From: Lama glama
Lineage: Eukaryota
Direction: 5' to 3'
Assembly: GCA_028534125.1 (NCBI GenBank)
Contig: CM052816.1
Span: 45,572,001-45,636,000, forward strand
DNA: 64,000 nt
In this document: positions 39,701 to 54,700 of the stretch, one piece after another
How the letters are laid out: every line of letters begins with the position of its first letter
How positions within the stretch are numbered: position 1 is the first letter of the stretch
The notes under the pieces: generated by a model
Told to the model about the DNA's origin: nothing
Databases searched by the model: none
The model's input: the letters and a program-made list of their open reading frames with translations, nothing else
Translations under genes and position numbers: made by a program

Positions 39701-42700
39701 AGAGAATAAATAATTAAAAGATGCTTTTCTACTATGAAAATATGTATCTAATTGACTTTAGAATCATAATACAATCAAAAGTTTAGGCCAGTGTATGAAG
39801 GAGCATAACATCAAGTAATAATCATCGGAACCATCCTCACTCAGTTTTTCACAACAAACAGCAGCAGCCACGACTGTTTTCTCTTTTGAGTCAGGAATGT
39901 GACGACCCCCTGATCATCAGAAAAGTAATTATAAGGTTAACAATTTCCCCAGGAAAAATAATGGATTATTCCAAGCCATGAACTGGCTTTCTCTACCAAA
40001 ATAGAAGATTAAAGTCGAACAGTTACATACCTAATTAATTTTTTATTTGGTTTCATGCTTGGGTGATGATCTGTGATATCAGATTACATCAATATCGCTT
40101 ATATCTAAAGGAATCTATTCACACAGCATATGGCAGGCACTTAAAAATAAACATTGCCCAAGTTAAATAATATTCTCATTTTTAAAAATATCCTCTCAAA
40201 ATATCTCTAGATTTATTCCTAAGCAATGAGTTTATAAAACATAACCTAAGTATTATTTGTGAAAGTAAAATAGTTAAGACTAGCAAGTTCTATGAATTAT
40301 TATGAAAAGCAATCTCACTACTTAATTATGTGATATACAAGGAGTAGACTATGTATTTCTGCATATTTTCATTATTTAAGATGTGATATGCCTTCATTTT
40401 AACCTTAATATTAACATCACACGAATCTATGAAAATGTAAAAGCATAACAAAGCTCATAGAGAAGTCTTTAAAGAATCTCCATTGCCTTCTGTATTTTTG
40501 AAAGGATTTAAAAAAGTTAACTTTTCAATGTCACTGCAACAACACAATGGAGAAGAATCTACAGAAGTAACAGTGGTTTTATTTCTGAAAATGAATCAAA
40601 TAATCATATATTTTAAACTCTGAAGATAATTCCAGGCATAAAGTAAACCACCAGTTCTCAAATATTTTAGTTTCAGGACTCCTAAACACTCATAAAAACT
40701 ATGGAGAACCCCAAGGAGCTTTTGCTTTGTTGGTGAAATCTGTTGATATTTCATTCATTTTATGAATGAAAATTGAAAAAAATTAAATATTGATACATTA
40801 ACTCATTTTAAAACTGCAGTAATAAACTCATTACATGTTAACATAAGCAACATATTTTATGAAAAATAATTACATTTTCTAAAACAAAAAAATAGTGATG
40901 GGAGCATTGTTTTACATTTTTGCATCCTCTTTAATGCTTAGCTTAACAGAAGACAGCTAGACTCTCCTATCTCCTTTGTAATCAGTTTGTCTGCTGCTAT
41001 TTGTTATTTTAAGTATATAAAGAATATCCAGCCTCACGCAGACATTTAACTAGAAAAGGAGGAGGACGATAGCCGTCTTTTCAGATAGCTGTGGGTACTC
41101 TTCCTCAATATAATATCAAAATTTGACAAGTGGTAGTTTCTTAGGGTTTAGTTGCAATGTGACATCATACTCTGGTCCACCTCACGCTGTGAATCATTCT
41201 GTCCCCCATGCATGATTTTGTAACAATATGCATTGATTATACGGACAGTATTGGTTCACTGAGTTATACAGATCTTCCAAATGCTGACACAGGTCATTAC
41301 ACTAAATAAATCAATCAATCACACTTGCTAACATCACTATCAGTCTTACCTGAAAAGTCTTTAAGTATTAGGAAACAGACAAGCTCACTTTGACAGGTAA
41401 AATGTACCCAAAATTCCAACTTTGTTTGAAAGCTCAATTTTTATCACTGGCAACAAATACTACTAGTCGTTTTCCTTGTAGTCACTGGCCCGCTTCGTTT
41501 CCATGAACACGTCTGCAGGGCACCCAAGTCCAAAGAAACAAACTTCACTGCTCATGTTTCTACTAAAAATGGTGTTCCATGAAAAAGCACCTAGTTCCCT
41601 CACAACTTAGTAACTGCACAAGCACTTTTCCTCATGATAACTACCGTGTTTTGTTATCTTAGCGAAGTGCTTTATTTGTGCTTCTCATTTCATGATATGG
41701 AATGTTAGAAAGACGGGTATTCAAGAGTCAAGATTTTATCGAACTGATGTTTTGTACTGCTTCATCACAGATACTCTGAAGTGAAATTGTCACCTTTTAA
41801 ACTATGGGTGTGCCGTGATAAACAAAACAATGACAACTGGTACAGTTTGGTGCCACCACTTTGAATCGTACAAAGGCACCAGCAGCTAGCAGTTTTGGCA
41901 ACCACTGCTTTTACAGTGCAAATGTCAATAAAAGGACAAAGACATCACAGTATTTTATAAAATTAGTTTTGACCTTTGTAGATCTACTGAGAGATCTCAG
42001 GAACCCCTTGGAGTTTTTGGGCTACACTTTGAGAATGACTTCACTAAGCAGTTAATAAATATTGACGATGGTCATCATGACACAACTGTCTCTTATTACT
42101 CCTGTCTTCAAATCACACCAAGATGAAAGTAAAAGTTCTATACTTCTATTCTTGACACTTTCAGGAATGAAAATTCTGTAATCTTCCTGACAATTAAATT
42201 CCAATGTTTGATCTTCTAGACATAGTACTTTTCCCATATTAACCATCTCAACTTTACTCTTTTCAATATAAACGTATTTTATTTTTCTCTCATGTGGGCT
42301 TGGAGAATAGCCAACCATGTTTTCTTTCATCTTCCAGCAGTTCTACTAGTATTGGTACTGTGGCTTTCACAAGGAAGCTCTCTTCTGCAATCAAAGGCTT
42401 GACTGGCTCTGTTCTAATTCCAAGATTTCTGGAACAAAGTTGCATATCTAGGTGAAGCTAAATCAACACCAACACAATCTACCAACGGAATTTACGAGAC
42501 AAGTCAGCACTGAACTTACTAGAATGGCTCAAAAATCCAGAGAAACACTTTGATACTATTCCTCATTTTAGGCAAGTTCTAAAACTTTATGTATTGTTCT
42601 GTTTTGTTTTCAGTTGAGTTGTTCATGCAGCTTAGCTGAATAACGTTTTTGTTATCTGAACTATGAGCCTTTTCATGTCTCAATATTAAAATACATTCAC

Positions 42701-45700
42701 AAGCTCAGTAAAGATTTATTGAGTAACTTCTATGTTGCATTCTAGGTGCCAGAGATAAAATAATGAACAATAATAAAATCTTCTTATACTCAGAGCTCTT
42801 TCATTTTTGTGGTGGAAGGGACAGACAGTATGTAAGTAGGCTTATAAATAACATAGGAAATTTAAGAGTGGGAACAATGCTACTAAAAATGTAAAACTAG
42901 GAGAAGGTATGGAGAGTGACCAGTTGGGAGAAGTAGGGGGATTACTTTAAACAAAAAGTCTTCACTGAGAAGATGTCTTTGGAGCTGAGACTTGAATGAC
43001 TGATTCTGAAGATCTGGAGTAAGAGAGGCTAAGAAGTGCTGACGGCCTGAGATTGGAACTGAAGGCAAATCTGCTTGAAAGATACCAACCAAAGAGGAGA
43101 ATTACACAGGAAGTCAGAGCCATAGGCAAGTGCCAGGTCGTGAAGGGAGAAGAAGGGAACCTGATTTTACATGGCACCAGAATGGGTTCTCACAACCTGA
43201 TGGAAGCCACCTGTCTCTTTAAGGGAAAAAAAGAGACGATAATATTAAATGTATAGGGGGGAAAGACAGCAGGTTAGAAGTCACAGGACGTAAGTTCAAA
43301 TTCCAGTTCTTCCCATTGTATCTTAGGAGCAAAAAAGGTTGAGTGGGGGGGCTGGAATTAGAATTTATTAAGTACTAGGAACTGCCATGCTTTGAAACAG
43401 GTATTTGATCCTATCTCATTTAATTCCACTAGGGTTAGTTATTTTCTTAGGTCTCTAAGCTGCCATTTCTAACCCTATGAAGTAGAAAGATTAAATATTA
43501 ATATTAGTTGCAACTATATTATGAATTGTCAGAAAGGTGCATTAAAAATTTAACATGTAAAGTTCTTTGATGACTGAACAGCTGAAAGTACCATATAGAT
43601 AAACATATTTCTTTTTTAAGTCATAGATTTGTATAATAGTTTTCTGCCTTGTCTAAGATATTCTATTTCTGGTATACAAAAGAACACTATCTGAAGATCT
43701 CTTATGATTGTCACCAGAGAGCTAAGAGGGACAATAAGACACTTGAGAGAGCCAAGCACCCCAATACGAACAAAATGAGGCCTATGACCTAGGTATTTTT
43801 TTCAAGCTCTACTCATTAACGTTTTTCTTAATCCCTTCAATTTGCTTCAATATACACACAGACCTGTCCAAACCTACAAGAATCAACATGCAAAGGGAAA
43901 GCCTCTCTGGTTGCTTGGCATCCTTTCATGGACACTGAGCTCTTACTGTCACACACAACACCTGTGAAGTCGTTCATGAGCTCTCACATTACTGAACAGG
44001 AAACCAAGATGATTATGAAAACTTGGAAAGAACTGATAAGGACAGTAAAACCACTTAATGAATTAAGCTGGCCAAGAAGGGTGATAAGAAAGGCATTTGC
44101 ACCCAACACGGAAGAATGTTGTAACTAACTACTAAGGACGTTCCACATGTGGGGTAAAAAAATAACTCAAAAAGTATTATTTTAATAGAGTTGCAATTAA
44201 AATTATTCACAGAAGCTTTCAATATATATTCTTTCATTTCCTTATGCTGTTAGCCCAAAAGTAAATTACATGTGGAATATAATTATGCATTCTGTGAAAT
44301 GCATTAACTTTCAAGATAATTGCTAAAGTTTCATTTGCTAACTTGTCATTACTTCTTTCAGCTCATTCAGCTTCTGATTCAAACTGTGAACTTATAAGAG
44401 CAAAGACCTTACATTTGCAACCACTGGCTGTCGCATACTTCTGAGCCGAGAGTCAACACTCAAGCAACCTTACCAAATGAAAGAAAGCCCACTCCCAAAC
44501 AAATACCCCTACGATGAATTTTTTAACTCTGAAATTCAGCAAGCTCACTACCTACCTCTGGTATACAGGCTCCCGTGAAACCAAACAAGCCATTGGCATT
44601 GTCACTTTTTTGTATCACCAATCTTGCTGTAGTATTCTCTCCAGAAATGCGAGCTCCTCCTTGTACAGAGACTAGTTTAAGAATGAATAATTCTTCTCCT
44701 TCCTCTTCATTGTCATCTCTTGCAGAAATAATGAATGATTTGTTAGTTTCTCCCTGTCTGAACTCCAGATATCCAGAAACAGGGTGTAAATCACTCTTTG
44801 CCGGCATGGCATGAAGTTCGTAAATTTCTTCAAGGGTCAATTTCCGCTCATAGAACCTCACGTCTTGCATCAGACCTGTAAATCTGTCATTGCCATTCAT
44901 TCCGGCCCCAATTCTCAGAGTTCCTGGACCTGAAATTAGAAATGAGTTTAAATGCTACAATATCCGCAACTAGCTTGTACTAAACTACAACTGTGATTAA
45001 GAAAGTGACTTTATTGAAAGATTTTATTAGGTAAGTACAACTTTTACATAACTAGAACACAATCAAATAAAGGCTATTTTCTATTATGATGAAAACTGAA
45101 TCAGTAATCACTGGGATTTAAGATATTTTGTACCAAAGGATATTTTGTCCATGTGTACGTATTGTGTATATGCATGTATGTGTTCATATTTGGATAGACA
45201 TTTCTTCCAGGAAATTTAAAAATTTCCCTCCACATCTACAGATAGAATAATTCAATTCACTCACAATTTTAAAACTTTAGTATTACTATTCTTTGAGAAC
45301 TTCAAGTCTTGATCTGCTACAAATTCATCTTGAGTTACATAAAGTTGTGAGAAGCTTTTGTGGACCAAGTGTAAATGTTTACCTAAACAACTACTGTAAT
45401 ACACGTAGGAAAAGAAGAATCCCTTCCCAGGAACGTTGTATGAGTCTTAGGGACTTTTTCATGATAATCACAACATGCAGCTCAAACATATTGCTCCATT
45501 ACTATTATAATAACCCTTTTCAGGAATTCCCCAATTCTTGTTTCTTTACTTTCTCCTTCTCCAATAACTCAACTAAGATATTTATGTAAGATGGGTGTTT
45601 GGCAGTGATTTGGGATAGCTTCCATGCCTTCTACAGTGGTTTTTGACTGACTATATAGCAATGAGAGTGAAATATCTAAAAATGTGGATGAATCTCATAA

Positions 45701-48700
45701 ACAGTACCAAGCAAAATCCAGACACTCCAGGGTACACCCTGCTCAATTTTACTTACATAAAATTTTAAAAACATTAAAAGCTAGTCTTACGCTCTTAGAA
45801 CTGGCAATAGTAGTTCGGCATGGTGGTGAGTGAGTGACTGGGGAAGAGCCAGGGGGCCTCTGGAACACTGTCTCTTGATCTGGAAGCTGATTTAATGGAA
45901 TGCTGAAAAATGGTTAATTTTTTTTAAATTCACCTATCGGTACACTTTCATATATTTTATAATAAAATAACCTTTATTTCACTAATAACCTAAATAAACA
46001 TATATACTTTTTCAATTTTATTTCCAAGTAACAAATGACAAAAACATATAAGCTCCTTGCAGTAGGCCAGAGAAAAGAAACACCAGCTCTCACTTTCCCC
46101 AGTCTTTCCCATTCTCATTCTACCACCATGTCATCACCAAAGGAATCAATGTTAACAGACATATGTATATATTCACACAATGAAAAGGTGAATAACTTAA
46201 TGCCACACAATGCTATAAGCACAGTTCTTGAGGTTGCAATCAGTAGTATGTGTATGCTGTTCCTTTGCCTGTATTTTTTCCTACTCGAAAGAAATACAAC
46301 CAGACATCTAATGCAGGAGGTTCAGAAGGAAAATATTCTGTTAAGCTATAACAATAAAAGCTCTGCTCTACTTTCCTACTAAATAAAAAGCAATCATTTC
46401 ATAGATGGAGGAGCTGGGAGGGAACTGGCGATCATAATAGAGATGACTGAGATTTGTGTATAAACATGCCTACAGTGTGTTTCTCAAGGAAACAGCACAT
46501 GATATGGCCTGAAGACAACAAAGATTCTTCAAAGCACACCATAGAATTCACCAGTTTAACTCCTGAAACTATAAATCCCTTTTAATTGTTAGGTTTTTTA
46601 ATGTAATTTTCTTTTCTGATTCCTCTTTAACAGGATCTTCACCGCCCTCCACCCTCCGTAATCCTGAGCTAGCAATTCCCCAGATACAATGCTCTTCTCT
46701 ATCTGGAGTATCATGTCCATCTCTCCTACTACCACAAGAAGCATAAACGTTCCTCCTTCACCATTTTTTTCCTTCTTCCTACAATGTGCTGAAGTGATCC
46801 ACAGCCTATTTCAGATACTTCAAGGGCAGAGACTTTGCCTGATCCATTTCTGCAACACTCAGCACAGAACTTACGGTCTGGTAGCCACAGTTTTACTTAA
46901 AGAAATTAAACCAATACACAAGCAAATTTTTAAATACCTGTTAGCCTTGTTAAGAAGTCACTATACTTCAATTTAAAAAATGGGTGAAAAAGAAAAAAGA
47001 ATGTGTGAGATAACAGAGGTAAATAAATTTTAAAATGATATTATTAAAAAAAGTCAAAAATTTTTAAAACTCAAAATGCAGGGTCCTAATTGTAAAGATG
47101 ACACTCACCATCAGTAATGGCTTCTCCTTTCAGACTCTTGATTCCTCTGGGCATTGCATTTCCATCAAGGTAGAATTCAATAATTCCATCATCCAGGATA
47201 ATTAGAAGATGAAGCCAAACATTTTCTTCTAAATATTTCATGACTGTTGCCTTGGCAATATATGTAGCATTGGAACCCAGAGTTTTGCAGTGAAGGGAAA
47301 GTGTCACATGGGATTCATTTGTTTGAATTTTTATCCCATAGTAGATGCTTCCATTACTGTCATCCTTTGCTATAACAAATCCATTAGTATTGGCATTGGG
47401 CATCACCCAAGCTGAAAATGTAAAGTTGGCAATGGAGTTGTTCCTAGAGGGATAATATTTTGGATTAACAGTTCCAAATGCACCATCTACTCCACTGAAG
47501 TACAAAGCATCTGTTCCACTATGGTGACGTCTCATGTGTGGCTGTAAATGCACAGTGCTGGGAAAGATTCCAACAAGCAAAAAGTCTATCATTGGAGGCA
47601 AACCAGCAGTGAACTCACTGGACAGTATTTCCCAGCCTACTCGTACATCACCAAAGACACCCTGCTGCCTCAAAACAGTAAAGTTGGTGATGTAAGACAT
47701 ATCATCTTCTGAGAGGACATCTTCTGCCACTTCTCTGTCTAGGCACTCTGGATCCAAGACGAAGACCCCAAAGGGATCATCATTGAATGGAATCATTACT
47801 GTGACCTGGAGGTTGGTTCCTGCTAGTTGGCCTCCAGGACCTGGGGACCCACCTGTAGTAAGGTAATTTATAAGGAATGAGAAACCAGAACTTGAAATAC
47901 TTTCCAGTGTAAGGTGAAGACAAAGGGAATTTGTTTAGCAAATTTCTCATTAAATAATTTACTCATTGATCAATGAACAATAGTGTCACTACATGGTTTT
48001 CACCACATTTTCAGAGGTATTCTGGTTCAGCCTAAATTCATTAATAACCAGTAGAGCCTGAAAAAAGGATTATTAACTAGAAAGGTTTAATCTCCGTGCT
48101 TAAAAACCAAAAGTGACAGGAAAATTGATTGTTTAAATTACGGTACAAAGACCAAGCTTTAAGCTACCATGAATCTGTATTTGCTAACTTCCATTAATGT
48201 TCTGTTTGTTTGTCTCCCCACTCTATTTGGAGTGGAAAAATCTATTTACAAATTTGCGGATGGGTGTAAGTCTCCGTCCATAAATCTATTTCATTAACTG
48301 CATTTTCTATACAGTCTAATTATTTAAGCACAAAATGTTAAACTTTGGTGGTAAAATAGAATAGATGGGAAAACACAGCACCTGAAATGTTTACAAGCTT
48401 TAGAATATAAAACTCGTTGAATTCAGGAATTTTATCCAGAAAAGCATGGAGGATTACTGGTTTGGCTCCTTCTCCATCCATAAAGTTAACAGTCCCTGAA
48501 GTTTCATAGAACTCTTGCCCAGGGTGCAAAGCAGAGTCATTCTGAAACAGCTGCCAGGCCACAGAAACATTGCCAAAGTGTCCTCGGTGCCTCAAAATCC
48601 TATGTAACAAATTAGAGAAAATTACTTTTTATGAAAAATGTATAAGTAGTGCATCCAACTCTAATGAGAATTTACTGTACTATCTCAGAGATATAATTTT

Positions 48701-51700
48701 TCTATTTATCATCTTTAATATAAACCAGCCAGCCGGTTCTTACTGAGCAACCATGAAGGATCTCATGGAAAAGGAAGAATGAAGTGCAACTTTAAATAAT
48801 AAAGAGAAGCAAATTTTAAAAAACCATAGTCTTCAAAGTCCAAAATGAAAGATAAAGCTTAAGACAAATTCAATTGAAAAATATTTAGATGAAAACTGGC
48901 AAAAGTTCTTCAAAAGCAAAGCACAGGGGAGGGCAGTCACACATCATTTAAGAGAAGAGGTCCAGAAGACCCTGGATAATTCAAGTCTCTCAGTCCTGAC
49001 AAGGAATGGAAGTTGGAGTAAGGAGAGTGGAGAGAATAATTTCTGCTTAACATCTAAAGTGTCAGGATTTTTAACAAGTGGTAATAGCATTAAAAAAGTT
49101 TACAATTCATTCACTCTACCACTTTGAAAGTATTCAATTCTTAACCAATTTTTTTAATTTTGAAAGATCAACAAAATTTCAAATTTTTGCCTACGTAAAG
49201 GTTTTATTTTATCCAGTTTTGAATTTGCCTTATTCAGCTATGCTTACCAAAATGAATTAGTCTTTCCCTCTTCTACTGCTTTGTCTATAGGCTCCAAAGA
49301 AAAAATACCATTTGGGTCATCATTCGCTTCAATTATCACTGTAGCTATTCCATACTGATAGACTACTGTGTCACCTAAATTAAAAATGGAAAAGTCAAAA
49401 TAACAAAAAAGCACTTAACTTACTGTTAAACTTGTACTTTGAAATTAAGAAACAATTTATAATAAAGTTCAAATTCCAGCAAGAATCTCCTCACTGAAGG
49501 TTATCAATAGATGAGAGCAAGAGAGAGATGTCTAAATATGGTTAATGTGAGTTGTCTCTGAGGAACTGTTTAATTACAGAAGAATTATTTTACTGAAAAA
49601 TGTACAAGGTATTTTTCTTTGCAATAGTAATATCACTTCAATAATTTAATTAGAAATTTAAAACACAGCTTTATCAAATTTCAAATTTTTGAGGTAGATT
49701 CCTTCATTTCATTAAAAAGTAATGAAAGAATTGCTCCATAAGATATATTAACTAGAACCACCGGCTTGAAATATTCCCTTTAGATCTCTGCCTTCGCACA
49801 GCAGAGTTTGATCTGGTCATAGAACACGGCAATCTTGATGGTTTGAACTTGATTCCTTTCCACTCCAATTCTTTCCAGAGCATGTTAGCACCATCACAGC
49901 CTGTAAATGAGGTGTCTTCTCATCACTCCTCTGAGGTCCACAACTCTTCCTCTTTGCTGCAGCTGCTCCGTCTGCGAGCCAGTCTTCCCCATCTTTTCTC
50001 ACCTCTTACCACTCTTCAGGAACCAGCTTAAGCACCAGCTCTTCCGGGAATCTTTCCTTGAATTCCCAAGTTAAGTGCATCTCCACTGCGTCCCTACAGC
50101 ACTTCACACTTTGTCAGTCTAGCACAGCGATCACATTACATTAGTACACACACACACACACACACACACAACCAGTAAGTAACTGGTACACAGAAATTAT
50201 TTATGAATGTTAACTGAACTGATACAAATAAAACTTTCAAAATTAGATGAGGACAGCACCTAAAACTAAAATTGTAGAAACAGAACTATGTGGCAAACCA
50301 GCATATTAAAAACAATTTATGTAAATATACAGTTGTACTCAACCTTATTTGATAATTAGCCAGTGGAATGAGGGAAAAAAACACAAAATACAGACAGTAA
50401 ATCGCTGTATAGAAAATGCCAACAATATAAAGTAAGAAAATAACTTAAAATATATCACAAATCTAATAAAAACAAGAAAGCCTAATTCTGGTAGGGTTCT
50501 GCTATCATGTGCATTTGTTATGCAGCATGTCATAGGTGGTCCTAAAAACTGATTCTGCTTTTCTACAGGAAGAACCGACAGTATTTACAAGGGCTCTAGG
50601 GATGACCACATCCTGGGATCCAGTAACTCAGTCTCAGGGCACAGACTGTGACAATAACTACCAGGCGCAAACACCAATGGCAGCACCAGGTCACACAGAG
50701 ACGCGGGCCCTCCGGCTCTCCCATGGTTGATCCCCTCAAGCCCTCAGTGTTTTGACATCATAGAAGAGGAAGAGAAAGAACTAAGAAAGGATGTTAAATG
50801 CACAAATTCTAGAGATTTTTGTCAGCCACGCCTTCATAGCTAAAGTCATTAAATCCTCACAGGCCACTATTTCTGGAAGAATATTGGAGTCAAAAGCAGC
50901 AGCAGTATATATACACACATACCGCTCTCTCTCTCTCATTCTCCCTCAAAACCAAATACATATTTCCTCAGTGATGCCTCTTACAAAATAAACTCACTAA
51001 ACCTCTCCTTGCAGTCATTTTCCATTCTCTTTACAAGGGGTTCAGGATATTTTGATCCACTATTTTAATCATAGTGACATTTTGTTATCAACAATAGTTT
51101 AACTCCAGTGACATTTTGACCCCAAAGATTATCACCATAATTATCACCATAATTATATCAAAGTAATAAACCACATCAGGAATTTATTTCTAGAGTAAAC
51201 GATTCTAAGACAGTGTTATTTCTTCATCAACTTCCTATACCTCACAGCAGAACTTTCTCTTTTCCAATTTCACTTCACCAAAGTTATTTTTATCAGTAAC
51301 AATTTCTTTCACCCCAGTGGGGGCCAGAGCATCACAGGGACCCAGTGCAAGGCTAGTGCTCACGCAGGGTGAGAGGGTATCTCATCTGAGGGTAACGGTG
51401 ATGGATGCTGGAGTGGAAGGGCATCCACACAGGGGAAGAGGGTTGGCCTAGAGCAGGAAGTGAGAACCCTAGTGCAGTATTGAAGACAGTTCCAATGTGG
51501 GAAGAAGGTAAAGGAAACAATGAGAAAGTGGTCACGTAAATGGCGAACTGACCAAGTAAGTAAACATATTAAAGCTAATGGGAGCTGGATTTCCCATTAC
51601 TAGAGGAGGAAGGGACAAATACAGAAAGGGAGAAAACTAGAATGAACCCTGTGATACTGGATAGAAACAGAGACATTGTTATGAAATTATCGTCCTCAGT

Positions 51701-54700
51701 ATATACACCTGGATAGAGAACTACAGATGTTAAAAGAGTGTGTGTGTGTGTACATAATGCCTACATACGTACATACAGTCCCTATCCCTGTAAGAGGGTC
51801 TTGGAGGGTCACAACCTCAGTAACAATTAGCACACCTAGTGCCAAGGTCCTGGTTTCCAACGAACATTCTTCACTAAAAGGAACCAGGGCTCCTTGAAGA
51901 AATGGCTGATTTCAGGGTTGTGCCAGGAGAAGTACAGGACGAGTATGGAACAGCTTGCTGCGTCAGGAATAAGGCAATGCTCAAAGAATAACAGGGGCAT
52001 GTCAAAAAGATGAAGAGATCATCCTGAACAGGCTACCACAAGCCAAATTCGGGACAATCTGACCATCAAAGTAAATAATGATAAAAATATGCACTGCATT
52101 AAACAGAAATCACGAGTCCATTCTGGAAAAGATATCAGTGAAAAACTTGAAAGTTTGATGAGTAATAGGATATTCAGATAGTTTTAAAGCATCTCCCCCA
52201 CAAAATATTAATTATAAAGGAACAAAAAGTACAATAGAGAAGCCTGGCAGTCACCACCTAAATTGTGATCAAAGTGAACACAGCAGGAAAGGGACAAAAC
52301 AAACTCATGTGCCAACCGAAGGGATGTGATGAGAACACAGAATTGCTTCTGTGAAACTCCTGCCAAGGATGCAAGACCTGAATCTAATAATAAGAGACAT
52401 CAAACAAACCAAAATGAGGGACATTCTACAAAATAACTGCCCTGTAATCATCTATATTATGAAGGTCATGAAAGTCAAGGAAAGATTGAGGAACTAGTCC
52501 AGATTGAAGCGATTAAAAGAGATGTAGCAAATAAATGCAATTCATAATTTGAGGGAAAAAATCATTTTGCTAGAAAGGACACTGTTCATAAAACTGGAGA
52601 AATTTGAACGGGGCCTGAGGCAATGATGGTATTAATGTTAACTTCCTGATTTTAATGGTTATGTTGTCGTTATGTAGGAGAATGTCACTCGTATTGAGGG
52701 GTGACAGAATATCATGTCTTCAACTCACTCGCAAAAGAATAAGGAAAAAATAGCTCTTTGTACTCTTAAAAGAATAAAACAAATATCAAAAGAAGCCACA
52801 GCCCCTCCAATTTCACTACAGATGGGGTCAAAACATTCTCAGGGCCCATTTATTGGAGTCAAAACATCCTGCTTCTTTTGTAGTAGGAGAAGAAGGAGGA
52901 GTGGATCTTTGCCCCCTTGCAAACTGTCATTCACTGTGGCTGTGGCTTCAGAGAACTATCAAACAGCCGGGTGGGATCAGCCACCTATTTAGGCTGGCAG
53001 CTTCCCAGCCCCTCTGGCCAGCACCCTGCCAGGAGGAAAGAGACTACAGAATGCGAATGCCCTAAGCCCTTGGGTGCCTGGAAAAGCCTTAGGGTACCTT
53101 TAGCTAAAAGATTTTTATTCTTCATATAATATTGTAATTTTCTATGTGTGCTACCTTATAAAAAAGACTAAAAATGATGACACAATGCATACCAGGTACA
53201 TGAAGTTTCAACACATATATTCTTCACCCCTTCACTTCAGAAAGCAATGAAACAAACAGTCTTGCCCTTGAATAATCACAGATGACAGTAAAGTATTTAA
53301 TATCATCTTTTAAGCACTGAAACAGAGCTGCCATAAATACATTTACCTGTTGAGTTAAAGAGGATTATATAAAAGGGCTCATCTGTTTCTGGGATATCAT
53401 CTTCATTAACGAGGACAGATATGTTCTGTTCTCTACTTCCAACTGCAAAAACAAGCATTTCTCCTTTTTCAATGGGAACAAAGTCTCCCTCTCCTGCAGT
53501 TGCCTCCCCATCCAGGGTAGCATAGTGAACGGCGCAGGCAACATCAACAGATCCATTTCTGAGAACTGTGAAGTCAGCAGTCTCACCTTCTTGAACCCTC
53601 ACTACACGAGGTTCTGAAATAGTCACAAAGAAAAGAAGGAACGTGTAAGCTTTTCTGATTCCATCTACGTATTTTCAGATCACATACGTTTCTCTCTACA
53701 CATCCCCCCCCAAGAAATGCCCTCCACTGTGTCTCTGCTTAAACACTCAGCTCCGTTCCTAACACCTCCATGAGGTCTCCTCTGATTACTTCCAGTCAAT
53801 GGCCTTCCTCCTGCCTTGATTCCCACAGAATCCATTGTTTTCAACATTCAGTTTGTCAGTGAATTACATACTATCTGGAATCCTCTACCTATTGTTTCAT
53901 ACACCTCATTTCCAAATTTAGACCATGAATTCTTTGAGAATAGGATATCTTAGGTTTTATTTTTGCCACAGCAGTTAGCAGAAAGTTGAACACCGGAGTA
54001 AGTCACTAAGTATGTGTCAGCTGAAGGTTAAGAATATAAATCAGTAAAAATTCAAGAGGTTTAAAAGATTCCTTCTACGATTGTAAATTGAATAGCTTGC
54101 AAAAATGGTTTAAGAAAGAATTAGAGACCAATTAAGTCTCCCAAATAAAACTAAAAGGTGTCTCAGGTGGCAAAAGACAGTTTTAAAGAAAGCATTAAAG
54201 TGGCAAAAATGGGGAAAACTTAATTACATGTCCATTAAATATTAGTTGTTATAGGACCATTCACTAAGTATAATACCCAGACTTCCACTGTGTCCTGGAA
54301 GAGGTTATGTGGAAGAGTATTCCTTTTTGCACAAAGGAAAGAAAATACATTGGAATTTAAAGGTAGGAGGAGAATAAAGCTAACAAAATAGTACTTATCT
54401 TTTTTTTCCTTTAGAAGACCCTTAAAAATATTTGTTAAGTTATCAAAGAGATTGAATAATGACCACCCAAATTATGAAATCATATTTAAACAAGCATCAA
54501 TTGTGGTTTGTAGAACATGTTCACTTAAAACAACTATTGAAAAAATATATTTTATACTGTTCAACTCACTTAAATAAGATAGCAATACCACCTGCAAAAT
54601 AAATGGGGTCATCATTTCTTCTAATCCTCAGAGTTGCAGTACTTTTATTTCCTATTTTAGCTCCTCCAGTGGCATTAAGTAAGGTAACGGTAAATTCCTC

